Source: a virus (Duplodnaviria > Caudoviricetes). From it: 42,337 bases of DNA. The DNA lies in IMG/VR virus record IMGVR_UViG_3300042868_002047, positions 1 through 42,337 of that record; one strand, written 5' to 3'. Both the position numbers and the translations under genes were made by a program. How positions within the stretch are numbered: position 1 is the stretch's first letter; each line of letters opens with the position of its first letter. The notes below the pieces were generated by a model, which ran no database searches, was not told where the DNA came from, and saw nothing but the letters and a program-made list of their open reading frames with translations. Below, one piece after another: positions 35,849 to 42,337 of this stretch.

Positions 35849-36547
35849 ATGGCAGCAATGCTAGCAATGATGGCCCTACAGGCCGTGTCGGGTCTATCGG
35901 CTGGCTACTCTGCATCGCAGGCTGCGGGTCGGCAGACCCTTATCAACAAGGCCAATGCCGATGCCGCTAACGTGGTACGGGGTGCGCGTAACGAACTCAC
36001 AGTAGTCAAGGGCCGTATGGCCCGCGCTAACCAAGCTGAGAACAATAGGCGCACACTGTACCAAGGCGGGCGGGCAGCTGAGGCTGCTGCAATCAACTAT
36101 CGCCGTATGCGTGACAGTGCCACTACTGAGGACTTTGAAGGCCAAATCAGAATGGCTGAGCAGGCCGGTGCCGCTATCGCCTCACAGGCTATGGCAGGTG
36201 TCGGCGGCTCTGTGGTGGATGTGGTTAACGGTACGACTGCCTTGCGCAATGCCCGCATACAGCAGGCACAGAAGCAGCGCATGAAAGCCGCTGACTACGA
36301 CGCAGGGCAGGCACAGTCTGACATTAAACGGGCGACTATCCAGAGCCTAGATGACAGTAGCATTGTCGATGACCTCGACTACAACGTAGACCTTGGCTTA
36401 GAAGTACATCGCTCAGGTAACCTATTTACCGACGTGATGGGTGGACAAGACCCTAAGAATATTGCCAACGTCTTGGGGAAGGTTAGTACCTTCTCCTTTG
36501 GTAAAGGCGACACCCCGCTCTCGCTGTATCCCGGCGCTGTGGGTTAA
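35849..36547 (+). CDS. internal virion protein (gp14-like)
   Basis: RBS AGGAG before ATG 35849; Ala/Gln-rich; AMAGVGGSVVD. Confidence 0.85.
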   Translation: MAAMLAMMALQAVSGLSAGYSASQAAGRQTLINKANADAANVVRGARNELTVVKGRMARANQAENNRRTLYQGGRAAEAAAINYRRMRDSATTEDFEGQIRMAEQAGAAIASQAMAGVGGSVVDVVNGTTALRNARIQQAQKQRMKAADYDAGQAQSDIKRATIQSLDDSSIVDDLDYNVDLGLEVHRSGNLFTDVMGGQDPKNIANVLGKVSTFSFGKGDTPLSLYPGAVG

Positions 36548-36561
36548 TTTAAGGAGCCGTA

Positions 36562-38937
36562 ATGGCAGTGCAAGAGAATACGTTAGGTGCCCCGACTGAG
36601 GGGCTGGGTCAGACCGTGACCTTCGCTGCCGGTAATCAGGGCGGTATGCCGCAGGCTAGCGCCGGGCGGCAGGTGCAGCAACGCACGGACATTCAAGGAG
36701 GCTTTGGCGGTAACGTCAACCGGGCCTTGCAGATTCCTGAGCGTGGGCCTGACCCTACCATGCAGGTACTGTTTAAGATGGGGGCTACCATCCTGGCCCC
36801 GGCCATCAAGGCTGAGCAGGAGGCTGGCTTTGTGCGGGGCATGCAGCGTGCTGCCTCCGGGCAAGCTGTTGCCGACATTGTCGAGGAGCAGCCTTGGTAC
36901 TCCAAAGCCTTTGGCACTACCGATGTGGTAGACGGTGCCCGGGCTTACACCGCCTTCTCCAAGGCCAGCGAGATTAGCACTAGCATCCAAGCTGCTATGC
37001 CTGAGTTGCGTAAGCTGTCAGGCTCTCAGTTTGCTGAGCATGTGCAGCGACAGATCGCAAGTACTAAGACGGGCGACGAGGCTACGGACACGATGGTGTT
37101 CCAGCAGGCCATGAAGCAGATGCCTGACCAGATGGCTCAGCAGACTAAGCATAACTATGTTTACAAGCAAGAGCGTATGGTAGATGCCCAGCGGCAAGCT
37201 ATGGGCGCGGCCCTCACCAACGTGGGCGTGGTGACTACTAAGTACCGCATGGCTGCACCCGGGGATGCTTTCCAGCCCGCCGTGCAGAACGAGATTACTG
37301 ATAGCATTGATGCTGACGGTGCCCGGGTAGGTGCAGTACAGGCGTTCATTCGCCCTGAGGGTATGGACCCTAAGGTACACAGCCGTAACGTCACACTGGC
37401 GTTAGCTGCTGCTGCCTCCGAGGGTAACCTTGCTGGCGTGTACGCTATGCAGGATGCAGGCATTGTCGATCAGCTGCAAGACGATGACAAGGTCCACGTG
37501 ACCCGTGCCCTAGATGCTGCTGAGCGTAAGGCTCGGCTACTGATCGACGCCCCGTTGGCTATCCAAGCCTCGCAGTGGCAGACGCTGGCTAACGATCCAA
37601 CTACTGCGCCCGAGGCCATCATATCAGGCGCTGCTGCACTGAATGAACAGTACTCCCGGTTAACGGGTAGCCGTGAGCCGTTGGTGCCGCAGGCTGCTAC
37701 TGTGCGTGAACTGGTACAGCTTGAGACTTCCCGCATCAACGAGAGGCACCGTGAGGCTGCTAGGCTGACGGCGGCTGCGGCCAAGGCAGGTACTGCTGAC
37801 GAGAAGCAAGAGCTACATAATCGCAAGATCGAGCTTGGCGCTGCTGCGTTTAGCACTGGTGCTGACTTTAGCTTCCTCAAGGAGTCTGAGGCTCAGGAAG
37901 CGTGGGCCTACAAACGTAGCGTTAGCACTGACGAGCAGTACTTCTCCGCTATGGCGGCTAGCGCTGAGCGCAGTGGCGGTGTGAACAAGGCGTTCAAGGA
38001 AACTCTACAGACCGAGATTAACCTAGCCGTTAGTCAGAGTAACCCGCAGACCTTGCACGATGTCTACACCAAACACTACCTCCCGTTACGCACAGCGGCT
38101 AAGGCCCAAGGCACTAAAGTGGCGGCTACTTACTCCGGCGAATACGCGGCTAAGATGGACGAGTACCATCGCTTCATACAGGCCACCGGCCAAGTCTCCG
38201 AAGGCGACAAGGTAGTAGGCTTGCTCAAGTTCTCCCAGCCCCGAGCTAAGGTGGATAACAGTAAGGACGCCGCAGAGTTCCAGAAGGTCGCTGCTCAGAA
38301 GGGTGTATGGCAGACGTTAGGTAACTTGTTCGATGACAAGCCCCCTCTTGATGCTGAGCTAGCGCCACAGTTTGTGTCGGAGCTTATGCCCTATATGGAC
38401 AACCTGCCATCTTCCTTGTCTACCAAGGACAAGCTGAAAGAGGCCGGTAAGATGGCAGGTATCGAGCAGTACGCCGGTACATACTGGAAGCGCGGCCTAG
38501 ATCAGGCCCCTATCGAGCAGGCGCTGGTTAAGCCTGAGCGCAACGGTAAGCCTAACCCTACTCAAATCCAAGTGACTGAGTTGGATGCGGCTGTCAAGCT
38601 AGGCTTCTCGCAGGCACTGACTAAGGCTGGGCTTGTTGACTCTGGCGTCAGCGCGTACCGCATGCCTGACGATAATGGCGAGGCTATGTTCTACGTGCTG
38701 AGTAGCACAGACAAGGGCGAGCCTAACGGTATCCTGATCCGTGGCTCAGAGATTGAGTCGGCTTGGTCTAACAAGAAGCAGGCAGATGTGCTAGAGGATA
38801 TTGCGTACATGGAGAACGCCCTCAAGGCTGGTAAGGGTAGCGGCTCAGGTAGCAAGTTTACCAAGGACGAGGTTAAGGATTATCAAGATCGCATTAACCG
38901 GAAACTCATTGAGATTGGGCAACCGCCTAAATACTAA
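36562..38937 (+). CDS. internal virion protein (gp15-like)
   Basis: RBS TAAGGAG; 791-aa helical protein in the ejectosome position. Confidence 0.82.
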   Translation: MAVQENTLGAPTEGLGQTVTFAAGNQGGMPQASAGRQVQQRTDIQGGFGGNVNRALQIPERGPDPTMQVLFKMGATILAPAIKAEQEAGFVRGMQRAASGQAVADIVEEQPWYSKAFGTTDVVDGARAYTAFSKASEISTSIQAAMPELRKLSGSQFAEHVQRQIASTKTGDEATDTMVFQQAMKQMPDQMAQQTKHNYVYKQERMVDAQRQAMGAALTNVGVVTTKYRMAAPGDAFQPAVQNEITDSIDADGARVGAVQAFIRPEGMDPKVHSRNVTLALAAAASEGNLAGVYAMQDAGIVDQLQDDDKVHVTRALDAAERKARLLIDAPLAIQASQWQTLANDPTTAPEAIISGAAALNEQYSRLTGSREPLVPQAATVRELVQLETSRINERHREAARLTAAAAKAGTADEKQELHNRKIELGAAAFSTGADFSFLKESEAQEAWAYKRSVSTDEQYFSAMAASAERSGGVNKAFKETLQTEINLAVSQSNPQTLHDVYTKHYLPLRTAAKAQGTKVAATYSGEYAAKMDEYHRFIQATGQVSEGDKVVGLLKFSQPRAKVDNSKDAAEFQKVAAQKGVWQTLGNLFDDKPPLDAELAPQFVSELMPYMDNLPSSLSTKDKLKEAGKMAGIEQYAGTYWKRGLDQAPIEQALVKPERNGKPNPTQIQVTELDAAVKLGFSQALTKAGLVDSGVSAYRMPDDNGEAMFYVLSSTDKGEPNGILIRGSEIESAWSNKKQADVLEDIAYMENALKAGKGSGSGSKFTKDEVKDYQDRINRKLIEIGQPPKY

Positions 38938-38946
38938 AGGACACAC

Positions 38947-41900
38947 ATGGCAGAAGATTATAGAGCAATGGCCGAAGCGGCTGCGAGGAAGCATGGGATT
39001 GACCCTATCCTCTTTGGCAAGGTAGTTGGCACAGAGAGCAACTATAATCCCAAGGCCGTGTCCCCTAAGGGGGCTGCCGGGCTGGGGCAACTGATGCCCG
39101 CAACGGCTAAGGAAATGGGGGTCATTGACATCCATGACCCGGTCCAGAATCTTGAGGGGTCGGCTAAGTACCTAGCTATCCAGCTTAAGGCACACAACGG
39201 TGATGTACCGCTGGCGCTGGCTAGCTACAACGCAGGCCCCGGGGCTGTGAAGAAGTACGGCGGGGTGCCGCCATTCAAGGAGACTCAGGACTACATCGCC
39301 AAGATCACAGGAGCGCCTGCCCCCAAAGGCACCGCCAAGGCCCCTGCTGGCCCCACAGTCAAGCCGATTGTGGATCAGTATGCAGTACGTAGGGCTGAGC
39401 AGGTTGCGCAGCCTGAGCGCGTGGATTACAGCGGGCTGGAGACTGAGCGCTGGAACCTTGAGATACTGAACGAGACACAGCCCAGCTTTCTAGCTATGGT
39501 CGGCGCTGGCGTGCGCGGGGCTACTACAGCCCGTATATACGACGGCCTTAAGAAGACGATGTTCTCTGAGGCTTACGAGCCTGAGGAGGGCTACGTGCCT
39601 AATACGGCTATGCCTCAGGCACAGGCCGACCCAGAGCTATTCAACAAGCTGCTTTCCACCCGGTCTACCCGCGAGGCTTCTGACATAGTCGCACGTTGGG
39701 AGGATGACCAAGTACGCTCTAAGGCGCTGCACTCTCAGGGAGGTGGAGTAGGGTTGGCTATCGGTCTAGGTGCTGAGGTGCTGGACTTCGCCAACATCCT
39801 GCCCGGTGTGGCAGTGCATAAGGTGATGGTAGCTAAGAACCTAGCGGCGACTGCCGCAGGGGTGGCTAATGCCAGCACCAAGGGCCAGATGATTGGACGT
39901 GAGATTGTAGGTAACCTGATGGCTGGTACTACTATCGAGGCTACGGCACAAGCGCTTAACCAAGAGTTCCGGCCAGTGGACCTGTTCCTATCAGCGGCTA
40001 TGGACATCGGCGTGGGCACCGTGCTGGGTAATGCTAGCGCTAACGTGATCCGTGATGCTACTATGAAACAGGCTGCGTTTAAGGCTGCGGTTGAGCAGGA
40101 GCTACGTCATACTGAAATGGCACAGGCTAAGCTGGGACCAGACGCCTCTATGGCGGAGTTAGCTGCTGAGGTGAAGCGCAGCATGACGGCTGAGGCCGCA
40201 GCACCCGTGATTGAAAACACTACCTCTGCTGTGTCAGCTAAGCGTAAGTTCTTTGAATCCCCTGACGATGTGGCTGCTAAGGCCGAGGCCCCTCAGGGCG
40301 ACATGGCTAAGGCCCCGGTAGAGATTGAGGCAGGCGCCGCTAGCTGGGGGCCGTTCATGAGTAAGACAGGTATGGCTGAGCGCCGCGCTTTGTTTGCCAA
40401 TAGCGACGGGGTTACCCTGCGCGACATGACGGGCGGCTCTATCAGCACAGTCGATCAGTTGGAGGCTATGCCGCCCGGTGTGAAGTTCACCGACCAAGTG
40501 CCTAAGGAGGCCCACAAGGCCATCAAGGCTGCGCAGTCTATAGCTGCACGTTTCTTGGGCGATGACTTCCGCATGGTGGTACACTCCAAGGACATGGGCG
40601 ACTCCCGGGCTGCGGTTATCCAAGTCTCCGACAAGGCGGCGCTGGTAGCACTCAACAAGAACCTGTCCGAGGTAGCTGCTATCCGTAGCGTGACCCACGA
40701 GATTGGGCACATGGTCATCAACAAGAATCTGGCTAAGCTGGATGACGCGATGCTGACCAAGCTAGATGCTAGCTACAAACGCTTGGTTAAGGAGCAGCTT
40801 AAGGGCGAGTTAGAAGGTTCTGCAACTCGCGGCCAGCGCTACAGTCTGCTTAATCCCGAGTTGATGCCTGCCCGTGAGTTCCCGCTGCCCCTGGGCCGGG
40901 ACAAGTACAGCATGAGCCGCGACGAGTTTGCTGCTGAGCAGTTCGTTAAGTACATGGAGGAGGACTGGGCTACGGTTAACAAGACCGCCATGCCTACTGA
41001 CGTTATCGCTGTGCTCAAGAATGCTATCAAGAAAGCGCTGGAGTTCCTGAGGCTGGCTAAGCGCGAGAACATAGGGGTAACTGACGAGTACCGCGAACTG
41101 TTTGACATGTTAACAGAAGGCCCCCTGCCTGATGCTACTGCCGTGCGTAAAGCCGGTGATGGGCCGACTGTACAGGCTGACGCTGTAAGCGACATCCTGA
41201 CAGACCCGTATGCTAAGAAGATCGGTGTAGACAATCTGCCACTAGGTACAGACTACGAGCGAGCCATCGCTAAGGAAACTATCGCCCTCCACAAGAAGGC
41301 TGACGAGTGGGCCTTAGCTAACCCCAAGGACGCTGCATGGGATGCGCGGGCACAGAACATTGCGGATAACAACATCTTCAATGTCGCCTCGACTGGGCTT
41401 ATCATGCTCAAGTCCGAGAGCAACCTGATGCGTATGCTGGCAAGCGAGTTGGTAGAGGACGCTAGCGGAGTGGCTGGTAAGAAGCAGGCGACTGCGGCTA
41501 TCAGCAAGTACCTGCATGAACGCCTGATTATGGGTAACGCCATCAACGACTTGACCGGGGCCTATGAGGGCTGGGCTAAGGCGACAGGCGTACCTGCACA
41601 CGACATGGTGTGGGGCGGCAAGGGCTACGACAAGTTCAACCGTGAGGTGTTCGCAGAGCGCGAGGCTCGGGCACAGGGCACAACCCGTACACAAGACGGC
41701 TACGTTAAGGCTGCGGCTGACTCACTGGATGCGGCTTACGAGCGCAGCGCGAAGGCCCAAAAGGCTAACAAGACGCTGGGCTGGGCATCGCTACCTGAGT
41801 CGAGCAAGGGCTACACCCCGCACCAAATGAGCGCTAAGGCTGTGCTGAGCTTGAACAACGAGCAACGCAGTATCCTGCAATCGGCGTTGACCGATCAGTA

Positions 41901-42337
41901 CGTTGAGCTATCTGGCTGGGACATCGGCTTTGCTGACCAACTGGCCGCTAAGGTAGTGCAGCGTATGCGTGACCGCGCCTCTGGTGGATTCGTTCACCAA
42001 GTAGGCGGTAGCGGGGGTGGTTCCGTGGAGATTGTCGAGGACGCCTTGCGCTCTATGGGCATGACAGCCCCCGAGGTGCGTGCTGCTATGGAGAAGTACA
42101 CCCGAGGTGCGGCTAAGCACACCAAGAAACGTATCGAGCTAGACCTGAACCGCGAGTACCCGACAGAGGCTGGACCCTTCAAGCTGCTGGATGTCTTTGA
42201 GACAGACCAAATCAGCTTGCTGCGTAACCAGACAGAGCGGGTATCCGGCGAGGTGGCACTGGCCCGGCACGGTATCTACGGTAAGCCACACCTTGAGACA
42301 ATGCGCAAGGCGTTGGCTATGGGCGAGGACGGTAAAG
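38947..42337 (+). CDS. large internal virion protein (gp16-like) with N-terminal lytic transglycosylase; 3'-partial (missing from ORF track)
   Basis: RBS AAGGA; MAEDYRAMAEAAARKHGIDP...TESNYNPKAVSPKGAAGLGQLMPATA...ALASYNAGPG (SLT motifs); in frame at every point checked up to the window end; HEIGH at 40696. Confidence 0.92.
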   Translation, partial: MAEDYRAMAEAAARKHGIDPILFGKVVGTESNYNPKAVSPKGAAGLGQLMPATAKEMGVIDIHDPVQNLEGSAKYLAIQLKAHNGDVPLALASYNAGPGAVKKYGGVPPFKETQDYIAKITGAPAPKGTAKAPAGPTVKPIVDQYAVRRAEQVAQPERVDYSGLETERWNLEILNETQPSFLAMVGAGVRGATTARIYDGLKKTMFSEAYEPEEGYVPNTAMPQAQADPELFNKLLSTRSTREASDIVARWEDDQVRSKALHSQGGGVGLAIGLGAEVLDFANILPGVAVHKVMVAKNLAATAAGVANASTKGQMIGREIVGNLMAGTTIEATAQALNQEFRPVDLFLSAAMDIGVGTVLGNASANVIRDATMKQAAFKAAVEQELRHTEMAQAKLGPDASMAELAAEVKRSMTAEAAAPVIENTTSAVSAKRKFFESPDDVAAKAEAPQGDMAKAPVEIEAGAASWGPFMSKTGMAERRALFANSDGVTLRDMTGGSISTVDQLEAMPPGVKFTDQVPKEAHKAIKAAQSIAARFLGDDFRMVVHSKDMGDSRAAVIQVSDKAALVALNKNLSEVAAIRSVTHEIGHMVINKNLAKLDDAMLTKLDASYKRLVKEQLKGELEGSATRGQRYSLLNPELMPAREFPLPLGRDKYSMSRDEFAAEQFVKYMEEDWATVNKTAMPTDVIAVLKNAIKKALEFLRLAKRENIGVTDEYRELFDMLTEGPLPDATAVRKAGDGPTVQADAVSDILTDPYAKKIGVDNLPLGTDYERAIAKETIALHKKADEWALANPKDAAWDARAQNIADNNIFNVASTGLIMLKSESNLMRMLASELVEDASGVAGKKQATAAISKYLHERLIMGNAINDLTGAYEGWAKATGVPAHDMVWGGKGYDKFNREVFAEREARAQGTTRTQDGYVKAAADSLDAAYERSAKAQKANKTLGWASLPESSKGYTPHQMSAKAVLSLNNEQRSILQSALTDQYVELSGWDIGFADQLAAKVVQRMRDRASGGFVHQVGGSGGGSVEIVEDALRSMGMTAPEVRAAMEKYTRGAAKHTKKRIELDLNREYPTEAGPFKLLDVFETDQISLLRNQTERVSGEVALARHGIYGKPHLETMRKALAMGEDGK

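Noticed and set aside
42300-42337. Seamless circular join or programmed frameshift between the window end and start
   Set aside because: The end leaves one spare base relative to the frame at base 1 and there is no terminal overlap; a missing segment is the simpler explanation.

Overview
This is a near-complete, circularly permuted genome of a lytic T7-like podophage (Autographiviridae, phiKMV-type layout with the single-subunit RNA polymerase at the end of the replication module). All real genes appear to be on the + strand. The window opens and closes inside the large internal virion protein gene, and the two ends do not join in frame, so a short segment is missing. Gene order: tail fibre/RBP cassette, a lipoprotein, holin, terminase, SAR endolysin and spanins (1-9.2 kb); a 1.7-kb non-coding terminal/early control region with short repeats, four sigma70 promoters and a densely structured leader (9.2-10.9 kb); small early genes (10.9-14.8 kb); primase, helicase, PolA, nucleases, ligase and RNAP (14.8-28.3 kb); portal, scaffold, capsid, tail tubes and ejection proteins (28.3-42.3 kb). 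Most notable: (i) an early protein (16211-16894) that strings together, in about 55 aa, terminase Walker A-, Walker B- and nuclease-like motifs plus a polymerase motif-B pattern, a candidate decoy against pattern-recognition defences; (ii) a ~460-nt multi-stem leader RNA with possible pseudoknots; (iii) a four-copy covarying UU/UU-UAAY hairpin family; (iv) a glycoside-hydrolase-like lipoprotein in the tail cassette. All family calls come from reading motifs by eye, with no database searches.
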